A stretch of 63,395 bases of DNA, filler included, from Chiloscyllium plagiosum (Eukaryota), in NCBI RefSeq assembly GCF_004010195.1. It is 5 parts of one record of this genome, joined end to end, with 100 filler letters (N's around TTAATTAATTAA, not from the genome) between each part and the next. Parts side by side here need not be neighbours in the genome. Positions count along the whole stretch, not along the records: positions 18,233 to 43,450 come from NC_057713.1; 4 more parts are not named here. One strand, given 5' to 3'. Below are positions 24,731 to 39,230 of this stretch, piece after piece. The translations under genes and the position numbers were made by a program. The notes under the pieces are model-generated. The model saw only the letters and a program-made list of their open reading frames with translations. It was not told where the DNA came from and searched no databases. Each line of letters opens with the position of its first letter. Position 1 is the stretch's first letter.

Positions 24731-26202
24731 ATCTTTCTTGTCCTGCTTGCAAAACTATCACTAATGATAATCTCTCTCAAACAGTAATAAGAAATGCATA
24801 TTCAACCAAATGTTTGTATTACAAAATTATTTCCAGTTTTCTCTTTTTGTATCTTTGATAAGAAACTTTGATTCTTCAACCAATAAAAATACACTTTAAT
24901 ACTATAAACCTGGAGTTCCATCACAATTTCTGTCATTTCAATTTGATCCTCGCTAAATAGTCTTAATTGCCAAGTGAACAAATCCTTTGCTATTTAAAAA
25001 AAATTCTGATCATAGTTACATGTGCTTATTCTTAAGAAACAACCCTGTGAATCTCCAATATAGTTTTCCATCAAAATGATCCAATTCAGTCTGGGGCATT
25101 CAAAAATAAATACTCCAGCAATAGATTAAACAATGAATTATTGAAACCTCATTGTGATTTCCTTCCTTTTGTGTTCATTCACATATAAAAAAAACAACTC
25201 CCATTTGCCTTTTCTGGGTTTAAGACAGAATTACTCCCTCTTATAAGGATATTAATAACTGTTCCTTGAGCTATGTTTGATTTTGGACAGCATTGAAAGC
25301 TATAAAAGCAGATTACTCCGATGCTAGAAATCTGAAAAATAACCAAAGGTATTGGAAACACTCAACAGGTCTGGTAGTGTTTGGAGAGCAACCAAGTTGT
25401 TTTTGTAGGAGTTATCCCTCCATCAAAGTGGCTGGGAAAATGGTGAGAAGGACAGAGAATTGGACAGGTTGAAACCAGGGAAACATTGTCCTTTCCAACC
25501 ATCTTAGCAATTAATTTCTGGGTGGAAAGGTCCATGGTAGGTGTTCCCAACCAACCAAGAATCAAGGTTCTTAAAGGGGCAAATAACAAGCCTGGAATAG
25601 TTGCTTTCCTGGCAGAGAAGAAAAATGATAGTCTTCCCAACTGGGCAAGTGGGATGGCCTGCCCGTTGGGTCAGAGGGGGCAGCCCTTGACTTATCACAA
25701 TCTGGCACCAATCAGAGACATAGATTATTGTTTAGTGGACTAAGCAAGATAACACTTAATTGAGTCCAGAAAGCATCATGTGCTTTTAAGGGGGGCGGAA
25801 TGTAAAGGAAGCTTTGTCAGACTGAAGAAGGAGTTTGTAGTAGGTCAAACAGGGACTGGATTGCTCTTAACAGTGTCTGCAGATATTTTTCAGCCAACTG
25901 TTCAGATTGACACTCCTCTGGAGTAGATCACACTTGACCCCAGGCCTCCTGACTCAGTGAAAGAACTCACAAGAGCTCTCTAATAGTCTCTACACTAGTG
26001 TGGGCTATATTGATGTAAGCTGTAAATAGTTGTCACAATGTAAAAAGTTTACTATTCCTTACTAGAACAAGATTCTTGTAGTCAGACCAGAAAGGTGAAT
26101 AACCTAATCCACACTAAATCACATCAGGTTTGAAGTATCCCATAGACTCCACAAAGAGGAGCCAGGGTTCGCTATTAAAGCCTCTCCCAGGGTCTTGCTT
26201 CT

Positions 26203-26494
26203 GACCAGAATCTTCCCATAACCCCTTTCCCCCCAAAGAAAATCATCTGACTTTTTTGCTGGTCATGGACTTCAGTGTTACTGTGGAGTCAGCAGCCTGG
26301 GCTTTCTACTGGTTTCTGATTGGCCAGATTTTCTTGCAGGTGGGGACACCACTGATGTGGACGTGAGTGTTGGGGAAACCCATCAGTCATGACATACTTA
26401 ATCCAGCAGGCTTACCTGCTCATGAGTGCGAGGCTGTCTCATTGTTAAAGAAGCCCAACCTAATTCTTAGCCAGAGATATGGAGAATCCTGGCA
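26203..26494. mobile_element. Possible old MITE (non-autonomous DNA transposon)
   Basis: Imperfect terminal inverted repeats GACCAGAATCTTCC / GGAGAATCCTGGC around about 290 bp of raised GC. Confidence 0.35.
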
Positions 26495-28954
26495 AGCATT
26501 TCAGCTCTGCAACCATGCATCATTCCTGTCATTCTGATGCTCTGGTCAATATCTAATCCTCAATCACATACCAAAAACAGTCTATTTGTCATTGTCATTT
26601 TGCAAGCACAAATTGACTGTTTTCCCTATAACAATAAATCTGAGGGAAGACGGTGCTCCAACCATTCTGTTATATTACTCAGCCACTTGGTGGAGCATTG
26701 AACAGTTTGGCATAGAGCTGCTGGGCACAGTCTCCTGATGCATGTGTCTCACCAGCCTCATATTTGTATTAATTAATATGCTTCAGTGTTAATGTGGCAT
26801 GTTTCTAGTTGTAAGTATGTAATAAATGAACATAAAATGCTCCCAAAAACTCCAGCCTCTTCTTCCACTATGTCTTTGTCCATCTTTCACCACAGACTGC
26901 TAGCAAGGCCCTATACTAGTACAGAAAAAAGTATTGATTACAACCCTCTGCCCCAATACCCCAGCCACAAGTTACCTTCTTTGGTACCCAAGCATCACAT
27001 CGCATTGTAACTAAATGCAAATCTTTCTTTTTTTAAAAGAGGTCATACATCTGCTCAAGGAAGACCAGAAGGACTCCCCAAGTGTCATGACCAATATGCA
27101 TCTCTCAGAGAACAACTAAAAGGGTTGATCTGATTATTTATTTCATTACTGATTGCAGCATAGGATACTATTGTGTGCTTCTCTAGTAGAACAGAGACAT
27201 TGAATGGGTTCTTCTATTTTTATGCTAAATGTTAGATTCAGGAAATTTTGTGGTGGGTGTCCCATCATGGCTCACAGCAACGTCTCTCACACTATCTTCT
27301 GCTCCTCAGTTCATTAATCATGCACATGTCATCTTCAGCATCCCTCTTGTGCAAACATAAGGCAGGAGAAGCAAAATTCCCCCTTCTGCCATACAAGCCT
27401 CCAGTGCCACAATTAAATTCCAATTTGCACCATTTTATATGCTGCAAAGCTGAAACTACCTCTAACACTATCCTCTTTGGAAATTGAAATGTCTGGGGAA
27501 GGGCAGCTGCTATCCTGTTTTCTAAATAGGGACCTAAAAGTCCTAGTGGCCCAGGTGATGGATTAGAAGATCCATCCTCTCCTGCAATGAACAAGCAGTA
27601 CAATGCATCTACCAGGTAACCTCTTTGACTTTCAAGTCAGGAATTATCATCATCTAGTTTCTCAGGAGCGCAGAGGAGAATTGTAAGTTGCATACAAATA
27701 AGGTAAATTGTGTTACTGTAAAGACAAAAATGCAAATGCAAATATATGAAAATCAAGTCCTTACTGCTTATCAGCAAGATTTTGGTCTCCCTGTTAAAAC
27801 CTTAATTGGACAATCAGAAATTCCTTTCTGGACATCATGAGCCACATTATTCATTCTCATCAAAATTTCCCATACTCCTCTTTATTGCAGAAGGATTAGG
27901 AAAATTCCGCTCTTTACTTCAAAAGTAGTTTATTTATTGTAATGGGCTCCTCTTCTTTTCCAACAAGTCCTACTTGATTTTCTATTATTGTCTGTCTTCA
28001 ATAATGTTAATGCTGAAGAAGTTTCTAATCTGAAGAATGCAGAATTCTATGGATGCCATCAAATTGAGCAGGTCTGAGTCAGTAATCTAAGCTCAATTTC
28101 ACCAATTTTTATTTTTCAGAGACTTTGACTCTAATCTGTACTCTAAGAGTGCATGGCATGCATTGAATAGTAGTTTCATGGTTATCTAAAAGTTTCATGC
28201 ACCAATGGAAATTATCTATACTCAGAGTATACGGTAAGCACAGAACAAGGGCAATGCCCATATTCAATTATTGGAATTATTATTCGGTGAAGTCAAGTTG
28301 GACCAATATCCCTGGCCCCAGAGTTGAGAAGAACAATCTTGAACCTCTCAATCAAAAGGCATGCCTAGGGATGAATCAGAAAGATGTTGTGTCCAGCTCT
28401 TTACAATAATTTTGTGCCTGGTTTAATTACTTAACCAGTTAAAGAAAAACAAGTACTTTTGCTGATAACTGCATCATGTGATTTAAGCTTTTATTTATTT
28501 TGTGTTTTGATAGGCAGACTGCATTGCATCACTCCTCAATAACTTTTGCCAGAATATCATTTTAACTTTAAGCATTTCAATTAGTTCCCCATTTCTTTAT
28601 CCACTGTTGCCATGCACCCTGTCTTTATTTAATTTGTTGCTTTGATTTAATAGTCACCCTCGCCAAATACACTGATGGATAAATCACATTGACTCCCTCA
28701 CAAGTCTATTTTTTACCACTTGTAGGAAAAGGGAATGCATAACATGACGAAGGAGAACACTTGTCACCTCCATGAATAGAACAGCTCACAGACTCAGATT
28801 TGACTTAACTAAAGTGGACTGGAAATTTAGACTCAAATGTAAATCCATGCCGGATCAGTGGGAGACATTCAATGAAGAGTCAGAGCGAGTATATTTCCTT
28901 AAAGAAAAAATAATTGAATCAACCAATTGTTTTAGCTGGAGTTCAGATGAATGA

Positions 28955-29345
28955 GGGGGGGATCCCTTAGAGTCTTATAAAATTCTAACAAGATTAGACA
29001 GGGTAGATGCTGAGGCAATGTTCCCAATGGTAGGTGTGTCCAGAACTAGGGGTCACAGTCTGAAGATTCAGGGTAGACCATTTAGGATGGAGATGAGGAG
29101 ACAATTCCTTCCAAAGAATGGTGAGCCTGTGGAATTCATTACCACAGGAGGTAGTTGATGCCTAAATAGTGAATGTATTCAAGAGGCAGCTAGATATAGT
29201 ACTTGGGGTGAATGGGATCAAAGGTTATAGGGAGAAAGCAGGATTAGGCTATTGAGTTGGACGATCAGCCATGATTGTGATGAATGGCGGAGCAGGCTTG
29301 AAGGGCCGAATGGCCTCCTCCTGCTCCGATCTTCAATGTTTCTAA
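28955..29345 (+). mobile_element. CR1 LINE 3' end nested in older CR1-like sequence (about 28770-30030)
   Basis: GGGGGATCCCTTAGAGTCTTATAAAATTCTAAC...CAGAACTAGGGGTCACAG...GTGGAATTCATTACC...GAAGGGCCGAATGGCCTCCTCCTGCTCC. Confidence 0.85.
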
Positions 29346-30230
29346 AAAGGAGAGGAGAAAACATGAAGCTATGACATTACCAAAATAAACTACTGCATCA
29401 TTGCAGAAAATCTGGAAGCATGTAAAATTTTACAGGTGAAATTAAAAGAATTTATGAAAGCAAAAACAAGAATAAGAAAAATAAAATCAAGAAAACACAA
29501 AGATTTGTTTCATAAATGTAAAATATTTCATTCAAGAAAGCTGAAGGCTGATTATGGGCCATAGTGACAACCTATGGAGATAGAGGTACACATGTGCCTC
29601 TTTAATGAATGCTCAGCATTGGAGAATTCTTAATTATTGAGGAAAGATTGCATGTGCTGGGACCAGACAGCACAGAAGGGGAACCAAATTAAAGTGTATT
29701 TAACAAGGAATTATCTAGATAGAACAGATAGGACGTCCTATTTCTCCTGCTTGTGGAGTTCTTATCTGGGGGTTGGAAAATTTGGGTAAATGATGAGAGA
29801 TTTAGAGGGGATTTGAAAGGAAGTTATTTTACACTGAAGGTTGAGAGGATCCAGAACTCACTGCCTGAAATAAATTCTTATGGTATTTGTTAAAGACTTG
29901 AATAGTTATAAGGCTAAGGCTATGGATGAAGAACTGGAAGTGGAAGTAAGCTGGATGGCTAAAGTGCTGGACAGCATAGACATAATGGGCCTAATGACCT
30001 CCTCATTGCTGTAAATTTTGATGATTCCAACAGGCCATAGAGATAGGGTTGAATGAACATCTAAAGGACACGCTAAGGTATGCTGTAATGTAACTGTGAC
30101 CTCGATAGTCCAGACATGGCAGTACCTGCAATTGTAATATATACCAAGAGCTTTAATAATTGTCTATTGAATCTGACAGTACTATGTGACTCATCTCATG
30201 GAAGAAGAAAGTGAAAATCTATGCTCCTGG

Positions 30231-30578
30231 TGTAAGAGGTAAGCTCCTATGAGTTACAGACCACCCATTTTAGACTCCAAGTTGGAAGAATCTGACCTGG
30301 TGCTAAAACACCCAGGAGGCTCTCCAAGAGAAAGGATTGGCCTATGCTCATGCACCATAAGAACTAACTGGCTGACCTCATTACAAGAGTTCCCTGATTG
30401 GGGCTATTAACCAGGTCCAATCAGGCAGCTCTGGCTGACGGATAAAAACAAGTAGTGCCAGAAATAGTGTCACTCTGGTACCTGACTCTGAATGAGGCAG
30501 TACAAAAGTCAAAGGCTGTTCATGTTTAAATAAAGAATTACTTTGGCAAGGAATACCAGTCTGTGTGGAGTTACTTCA
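30231..30578 (+). mobile_element. Possible solo LTR
   Basis: TG...CA ends, inverted CTGATTGG/CCAATCAG boxes, GATAAAAA TATA-like motif, AATAAA at about 30529; no clean TSD and the left boundary is uncertain. Confidence 0.4.
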
Positions 30579-33500
30579 GCTTGTTTCTTGATGAGTGTCA
30601 ATACTTGCTGGTACCATTGGATGGATATATATTTGGTGGTTGAATGGTTGAAGAACCAGCTAGCAGCCAGAAAAAGGTCACAAGACTGAACAGTTGTTGT
30701 GAAGAGAAAACTCCTACAGAGAAACCACCAGAAGGCTAAGCCTGACAAAGCCTTTACAGTCAGTTATACAGGAAATAAGGCTTTAAAAAGAAAGCGAGAT
30801 CAGAAAAAGCCCTCTAAGTAGCTAAGGCAACAAATCCAAATTGAGTATCTTAGAAAGAGGCTGCTGGCCAAATACCCAAAGCAAATTTAATCCCATAAGT
30901 GAGTGGGAAAGATGTTTTAGGAGAACTAGCAAAAATATCCAATGTTAATACTGGAGCATAATATATATAACCACCTCATAATTCTCATACAAATCTGCAT
31001 TTATATCAGTGCAGGCTCCTTTTGCCAGATTGAATGAATCTCTGATCTACCAGAAGCCAGCAGAACAAGCAATATCATTACCTTGACAAGTATTTCTAAG
31101 TATGATCATAGATGTTTCCGATCTTTCCTCACTGAAACAAACAAATCAAGTTAAAGACTTGAAAAGAAGCAGAAGAGGCGAGGGGAAGAAAATGGACAGC
31201 ATGAGCTATAAAACAAAGTCATGTAAGAAATGCATCTGAGAATATACATAGATATTAATCAAAGTCATGGTGGGAAAAAAGACTTGGGGCAGGATGTTGA
31301 ATAAGCTTCTCAACCCTGAAGAAATCTTGTGATCATATCATGGAGCTGCACACCACTGAGCATTAATAAAGCAATGAGGTTTGGAGTAATCCTACATTGC
31401 ACTGCACTCTCTGGAAGAACACGACCAAATTGCAACACTCCAGACTGGAAGACACAATTGAGCACATGGACATAAACAAATAATGAAGATAGTTTAGTCC
31501 ACACCCAAAGTAACTATAGTGTGGGAGCTGTGTGTTTCTATGATTAGCATATACTGCAGCATTTAGTATTAATGCATAATAAACAGAGTTACTTTGAAGT
31601 CTGAGCCTGAGGATAATTTTTGACTTGGCCTTCTTGACTGTCTTGAATTTAAGCTTATAGGTTAAATTCATAATCCTAATCCTATTCCAGTGATATCAAG
31701 CCACATAACAAAACACTTAACATAGCTACTGTTAATACCTGCCTCCCAGGTCCAACAGGCAGTAAGTCTTCCTCTAGCATTGTGTAGATCTCTGTTACAA
31801 ACTGTTCCTGGGCAAGATCTGTTCATCTGAGAGGTCATGGGAACGGAATCTCAGAATGGAGAAGTGCCTCTTGGGAACACAACTCCTCCTTCGTACATGT
31901 CTTTCCTACCACCTCTCACCTCTTCAACTCTTCATGTCCTAACACCACATCAAATACATTCCAATTTCATCCTAATCCTATTGATTTGATAGCCTCTATA
32001 ATTGAAGAAAGCTGTATTTTAGGGAGGTTTCTACCAGAAGTAGACATCACCTCAATAAATGAGCTTTTTCTCAAGATGAGGCACTTCCAAGTCTGAGTAA
32101 CCACTTGAACTGATGCACAGTCTCAATCTCATTTAATTGGTTAGCTTCCCAAAATTATTTGCTGTACATTTAAATTTGGAGCCAGTTTGAAAGTAGTATG
32201 GAAGATCCTCATTAACATCTTCGAAAGGTATTAATTGCATCAATAACCATAAAATTATTAAACCTTTTACTTTAGAAAGTAGATTCTCAATGACAGCCAG
32301 GCAGAACTCTGTTTTACCAGGAATGTTTTGAATACCAAGCAATTTCTTTAAAACACTTCAGCTTCCCTCAATCCAACTATGTTCAGGAACTAAAATTTCA
32401 CTGTGATATCTTGGTGTGGAACTCCTTTGTATGATATTTTAACAAATACTTGTGATAAGTTAAAACAATTGACAACTAAGTCTCTGGTCATACATTAAGA
32501 GTGCTATTTTAATTTATTTATGGGAAGTCTATGTAACCATTTATTGATAATCCCTAATTGCCCTTGAGCAGATGGTGGTGAGCTGGCTTCTTGAAGCATT
32601 ACAGTCCATTTAGCATAGCAGATCCACATTGCCATTAAAGATGAGTTTCCACGATTTTGATCCAGTAACAGTGAAGGAACATGCTAAGAATTGCAAAATC
32701 TAATTCCAAAGGATAAAGAAAGGAGGCTGGATGAAAAGGACTAGTATGAAACTAACCAGCCTTATGGGAAATTGATACAATCAGACTGAATAGGTATTTA
32801 TGCTCCATCAGTTTGCATTCCAATGAGTCATCTGTGGCATTATAGAAAACATGGCAACCAATGTTTGCACAGAAAGTTCCACAGCTGACAATGAGTTTAA
32901 GTCTCATGCCTGGTCTTGAGCAACAAAATTATTTTGAAGACAAACAGGAGAGTTATCTCTGATATCCTGGCCAATGTTTATCCTGAAAACCAAATCACAA
33001 AAGAAAATTATCAGTTCATTATATTTCTATTTGCAGGATCTTGCTATGTGCAAGCTCAGTATAGTATTCCATGCACTAACACAATCATTACCCTTCAAAA
33101 CTTAATTGACTTCAAAATTCTTTGAAACATCCTACGGTCATGAATGAAGTTATATGAATGAAATTCCGTCCTTTTGTTCTTATTTCAAAATAACGTCTGA
33201 TGGAGAGTACAAATTTCTAAAATTGCAGAGGGCATTGGTGAAGCTAGAACAAAGTCATTAATCATCTGGAAGTTGTAAAGATTGAGAATAGGCAAATAAA
33301 ACACAAGATGATGACATACATAATACAAATGCTTCACATTTGGTGATGTTAAGCACTGAGACAAAAAAACAATTGGAACTCAGTGTAAGAGGAAGCTTAC
33401 ACGTTCTTTCAAGTCAATAAAAAGAAGTGGAATCAAAGAGAAATGCTGGAGAACTCAGCAGGTCTGGCAGCATCTATGGAGAGAGTAAAATGGAGTTAAC

Positions 33501-34240
33501 ATTTCGAATGTCATATGAATCTTCTGTGGAAATGTGGACATGCACAAAGTCAGGATAGGAAAATGATGATGAGGGTCAGCTTTGTCTTGGTTCTGTTAGG
33601 GATAGGCTTACTAGTGGGACTGAAAGACTTTAGAAATGCGACTGTAGTCCAGGATAGATTCCTCCCCAATGAAGAAGGGTTGACTAAAAGTTCAAACTGG
33701 TTTTATGCATTTCATCTCATTTCCAGAGTGAGTGAGAGATTAACGTGCATCTTAATTTCCAGAGTTAACGAGAGGTTAATCCAGAAGCATGTAGAGTTAA
33801 TATGAGATGGTCAAAGTTGTTTGCTTGTATATGTGGCCATGGGCAACAGAGAAAGGAGCTAATCATTCACACTTCTAAATTATGTGACCCAATTACAATT
33901 TGGATGACTCAGAGGATTTGAATTTCTTCTTACTTTTGCACAACGATGACCTTTAAGTGCTTATTTAGCTCTATTTGTTTATTTCTATCACAGTTTACAC
34001 TGTCAGACTGTTATGGAAGAATACTATGCCCCAGGCTTTATAAAAAGCTCACAGCACAAAAAGAAGTAAGTGGTGCTATGCATCACTGATTAAATCTTAG
34101 CTGAAGAAATGGGTTCTCTTCGGGGCAGATCACATTGGAAGGATGTCAAAGGCTGAAGAGGGTGCATTGGCAAATTTCCAGAATGCAGAGATTCTCACTA
34201 TTTACAGGAGGTAACATTCCAAAAAAATATGAACAGTAGC

Positions 34241-34436
34241 AAAAGGTGTGCAGGTTAGGTGAATTGGACATACCAAATTGCCCAGCGTGTTCAGGAATGC
34301 ATAGGTTAGGTGCATTAGTCAGGTGTAAATATAGGATAAGAGTGTAGGGAAATGGGTCTGGGTGGGTTACTCTTGGAAGGGTTGGTGTGGACTAGTTGGG
34401 CCAAAAGGCCTGTTTCCACACTGTAGGGATTCTATT
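34241..34436 (+). mobile_element. HE1/V-SINE 3' half
   Basis: GTGTGCAGGTTAGGTGAATTGG...GGGCCAAAAGGCCTGTTTCCACACTGTAGGGATTCTA; reverse-complement homologue of 2108-2270. Confidence 0.8.
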
Positions 34437-35239
34437 AAATGAAAAACAGGGATTTGTATCCTATGAAAATGAATTAATGAATTTTCAGCAACACACTGCA
34501 ATAATGATGTAAATAAAACCAGCTGAACAAGTAACAAAGTTTTTTTCTCTTACCAAATAGGAATGTATAAGCAAAACAGCAAAAATGGGGCAACAAATAT
34601 AGCAGGACCCCCTGTAATTACCAGGTGTAAAGAAAACACCAGAGCCCATAGAGAAAGCAGGGAAGGTTAAAGGGAAATTTAGTTAAAATGTTCAAAATTA
34701 AGAATGGGAAATTTAATTAAAATGGTCAAAATTAAAAAGTGGTTTGATAATCTATGAACAAGTTCCAGTGGTGGTAGGGACACTGATTTAAGATAGTCGT
34801 TAAAAATATTTCTGAGAAGTCTTAAGTTGATCTGTGATTTGGAATGCATGATCTAAAAAGATAATGGAAGCTGATAAATGCACAATTCTAATTTACTGTG
34901 CTACATGACTGAATGTATTTATTCATTCCTAGTTTCATGATGTTGTTCACCTTTTGCTACTGATTCAAGTGACCATCATTCAGGCATGATATTCAACAGT
35001 GAAAATAAGTGCAATACATAAGTCAGATTATATTGGCCGCTTAAAATCTATGCATGCATGTTTCCAGCAGAAAGACAAGGATTGGGGAGCTTTCAGGTGA
35101 AGGAACCCTGGAAAAATTTTAAGATGGCTGTGATTTTGTTAATACCAGTTAAGTTAGCAGAGATCTATCATTGAGCCTGGGTCAACAAGTTAGACACAAT
35201 GCAGCTGCTCAGTACATAATAGCTTAGATTCTTTAGATG

Positions 35240-35438
35240 TGTTGCTGGAAAAGCGCAGCATGTCAGGCAGCATCCAAGGAGCAGGAGAATCGACGTTTCG
35301 GGCATGAGCCCTTCTTTAGGAGGGCTCATGCCCGAAACGTCGATTCTCCTGCTCCTTGGATGCTGCCTGACATGCTGCGTTTTTCCAGCAACACATTTTC
35401 AGCTCTGATCTCCAGCATCTGCAGTCCTCACTTTCTCC
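35240..35438. mobile_element. Fold-back PLE mini-element, 15-bp TSD
   Basis: TSD TAGATTCTTTAGATG at 35225-35239 and 35439-35453; arms about 75 bp meeting at GAGCCCT-TCTTTAGG-AGGGCTC. Confidence 0.92.
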
Positions 35439-36639
35439 TAGATTCTTTAGATGGCAATTTGAAATTGCATCCAGACTTAAACACACATATTGGTTTCAGA
35501 GAGATTTAAACATACCAGGCTCGATTTTGTTTTACCTGAAGCATCTCAAACTAGTCAGAAGTTGTGTGAAGAATATTAATTTGTTGGTGTACATAGGCTC
35601 ATTCTCTAGTGACTATTACCACTTTAGGATAATTAATGGCAAATTGTAGCTTGTGGTGTTAATTTAATTATTTTCATTGATAATGGAGAATTGATTGCTA
35701 CAAATTACTGCTGTAAACATGTAATCTAGTGCAATGTGGTGCTCAAAATGATTACTATAATTGGAATGAGGAGGAGAGTATCAAGTGATACATTCAAAAG
35801 ATGTAACCTCTTTATTTAATCATTGTAGTTAAAGTGGACAGCACTATTCAATATCATTGTACTGTTATACAGTAGAAATCTAGTCACTGTACCTTCTTAG
35901 CTACATACAGTCTATTTTCATCCTTGAGGACTGTTAAAAAAAAACTGATCCAGGCTCCAGGTGCAGAGATCTCAATTGCTACCAGATTGCAAACCCTGCT
36001 GAGTTCTAACCTTCTTGAATGCCAGGAAGGCTGAGTTGAAGCTATTATATAGTATGAAGTTTGCAAGCACGTATTACATTCTCTTCCTGAGATGGACTTC
36101 AGGTTACCGAGCCAATCACAGCCCACTCGTGTGACATGCCAGATGACAGCCAGTGTGAAGCTCACGCTGTAAGCAAGGTTACAAGGTCAAAACAAATGTG
36201 TGATGGCTGATTGACGTGTTCTAAAGTCTGTTGAGAGACTGCAATGATGCAGAATTTGCAAGCGTAAATTACAGTGCTAAAATGTGAGACCTAAAATGGG
36301 TTCTTGTGACGATATCTGACAAGTGCATGGACATGTTTTATTGAAATAAGTCCAGATTCCAGATTCTGTTTAACTGAACTCACATTCTAAAACCAGCATG
36401 GTGGGATTTACACTGGATGTTCAATTGTTCATTTGGAGAACTAGGCCAGTCACAAAACGATAATGCTACTTAATTCATAAAAATAAATAGAGAGGTTAAA
36501 ACCCAGGGCTGAATAAAAATGTAGAGAACAACAAATATTACGTGTTTAGAAAGTGTTCAGAAAATGACATTTGTAAAGAGGGAGCATGAGAGAAAATGAT
36601 CAAATAATATAAAAAGCTATGAGAAGAATTTCCATTGGT

Positions 36640-38285
36640 ACATAGAAACAGTAATTGGGAGCAGGAATAGACAATTCAGCCCTTTGAACCTGCTCTGCCA
36701 TTTAACATGACCATGCCTGACCTTATCCTAGTCTCAACTCCACTTTCCTGTTTGCTCCCAAAAGCCCTTTATCGAACTTTTTATCAGAAGCACATCTATT
36801 TCTTTCTTGAATCTGTTGATTGATTCTGCCTCTGTTACACTCTGGGATAGTGAGTTCCACAAGTTCACAAACCTTCCAAAGAAGTAGCTTCTCCTCATCT
36901 CAGTATTGAACCTACTTCTCCTCACACTATATTTATGACCTTTTAGATATGAGACTGTCCCACAAGGGGGAAGCACCTGCTCAGTATCCATCTTATCAAT
37001 AACCTTTAGCATTTTATATACCTCAATCGGATACCTCCCCAATTCTGCTGAACTCCAATGAGTAAAAGCCAAAGCTATTTAACATCTCCTCTTATGACAG
37101 CCCGTCCATCCCTGGAATCAATCTGGTGAATCTCCTCTGAACTGCCCCCAGTGACACCACATTTTTCCTCTAGTAAGAAGATAAAATCTGGACAGAATAC
37201 GCCAGGTGTGGTCTCACCAATGCCTTATACATTTGTAACAATGCTTCTTTACTTTTATAATTCAGTGCCAAAATTCCAAATGGCTTAATTATTATATGCT
37301 TCACCTGCATACCTACTTTCTGTGATTCACCCACAAGGACACCCAGATCCCTCAACACTGACATACTTGGAACTTGCTTTTAATAATAATTTACCCTATA
37401 ATTTACCTAGCTAAGTTGGATAACCTTGTACTTATCCAGATTAAACTCCATCTGCCAGATTCTGGCCCATTCTCCCAGCCTATCAATATCCAGCTGTAAA
37501 CCCTTTATTTCCTCATCACAGCCTACTTCTCCATCTACTTTAGAAGCATCTGCAAATTTTTCTATACTACACTCTGTCCCTGCTGGCAGAACATTTATAT
37601 AGACTGTAAATAGTTGAGGTCTGAGAACAGAATCCTGCAGCACCTCACTAGTTACAGTTTGCCATCCACGGAAGGACATAGTTATCTTGACCCTCTGCTC
37701 TCTGTCAGTCGGCCAATCCCCTATCCAAGACAACACACTACTTTTAACCCTCTGGGATCTAACCTTCTGGATCAATCTTTAATGCAGTACCTTGTCAAAT
37801 GTCTTCTGGAAGTCTAGATATCAGATCCATATCCATCTTGCTAGTTGCATCCTCATGAAACTTTGACATTGGTGAATTGAACTTTGTTTTTCCGTGTGAT
37901 CAGTAATCTTCACCTTTTGTGATTGACTCCAGTGACTCCCCTACTACAGAGGTCAATGTAGCTGGTCTAGAATTTCCCACATTTTGCCTATCTGCTTTTT
38001 TGAATAAGGGTGTCACATTAGTGTTTCCAACCTACAGGTACCTTTCCAGGATCTAGAAAATTTTTGAATATCATAACTAATGCATCAACAATCTCTGCTG
38101 CCATCTCCATTACTACCCAATAATGCAGGGATCAGGCCTTTAATCCTACACCTTCTTCATAGTTGTAGTAATTTCACCAAATTCCTCTATAGTAACTGTA
38201 GATTCTGGGAAGAAATTGTTATCTTCCATTGTGAAAACAGAGACAAAATATTGATTTAGTGGCTCTGCCATTTCTGAGTTTCCTT
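36640..38285 (-). mobile_element. CR1 LINE RT + 3' end, degraded
   Basis: Minus ORFs: SWIGDWPTDREQRV...VLRPQLFTVYIN...KFADASK...WQMEFN; RDLGVLV...YKALVRPHL; YKMLK...VNLWNSL. Confidence 0.9.
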
Positions 38286-38329
38286 CAAGTTGTTTTTCAA
38301 ACAGGAACTAAAGTAATTTATTCCAAATT

Positions 38330-39230
38330 AGGGAGATACATCACAGGGGGCTGCTGATTTATACATAAAGATGCTAAAGAAAGAAAAAAGGTTCTGAATC
38401 TAATTTTTGAACATTCTTGCAGAATGGGAATTTGTACCAAAAAACAGGAAGCTGATGAATGCAAATCCTCTCTTCAACAAATGAGATTGCATTAAGCTGA
38501 GAAAGAATAGGTAAGTTATTCATACTGAAGGGGCTTTTACACTGCTAGAGTCTATAATGTAGTATAAATGTATTGAGAATTTGGTGAAACATTAGTGGAT
38601 GAAAGCCAGTTAGTCACTATGGATTTTCTTTCAACGTTGCAGAGTTAATTGAAGAAGAATCAAAAGATAGATGAAAGAAATGCAGTCAATATGGCTTTAA
38701 TGGATTTTAACAAGCATTTGATAAGATCCCACATAAGACATCATGATAAAGATGATGCCACATGCAATTAAGAGATGTTTTTCAACATGAATAGAGACAC
38801 TAAAGGTAGTAAACATTAAAACATAAAGGAAGGCATGTTGTGCTAAAGAGGTGAGTGGTGTTTCACAGAAAATTGTGTAGAGGCAGGAATTATATTCAGA
38901 AATGATCTGGATATAGAAATTCAGGTATCTTTGGGATATTGAAAACTGTTGATGGCATGGAATTATGATACGGTGAATTGGAGGATCTGAAAGATTACAA
39001 GAAGGCATACTGGCTACCAGGATTGCCAGATAAGCAGCATTAAATCTGCACAGTTCATTGATTTTGAAAAAAAATATGACAGAATATATTTTTAGAAAAT
39101 TAATAATAATGTAAAGAATTACTCCTTCCATGGTAGACTTTTATGCATTCCATTATGACACCTTGACAAATACAATTGCAAAGATGCCACATAGTTTCAT
39201 GAAGATGTTACCAAAATTAATGTAAAACAC
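38330..39230 (+). mobile_element. Ancient CR1 RT relic
   Basis: Remnant motifs ATGGATTTTAACAAGCATTTGATAAGATCCCACAT (MDF.KAFDK.PH) and GAATGGGAA...GCAAAT...CTCTTCAA. Confidence 0.5.
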
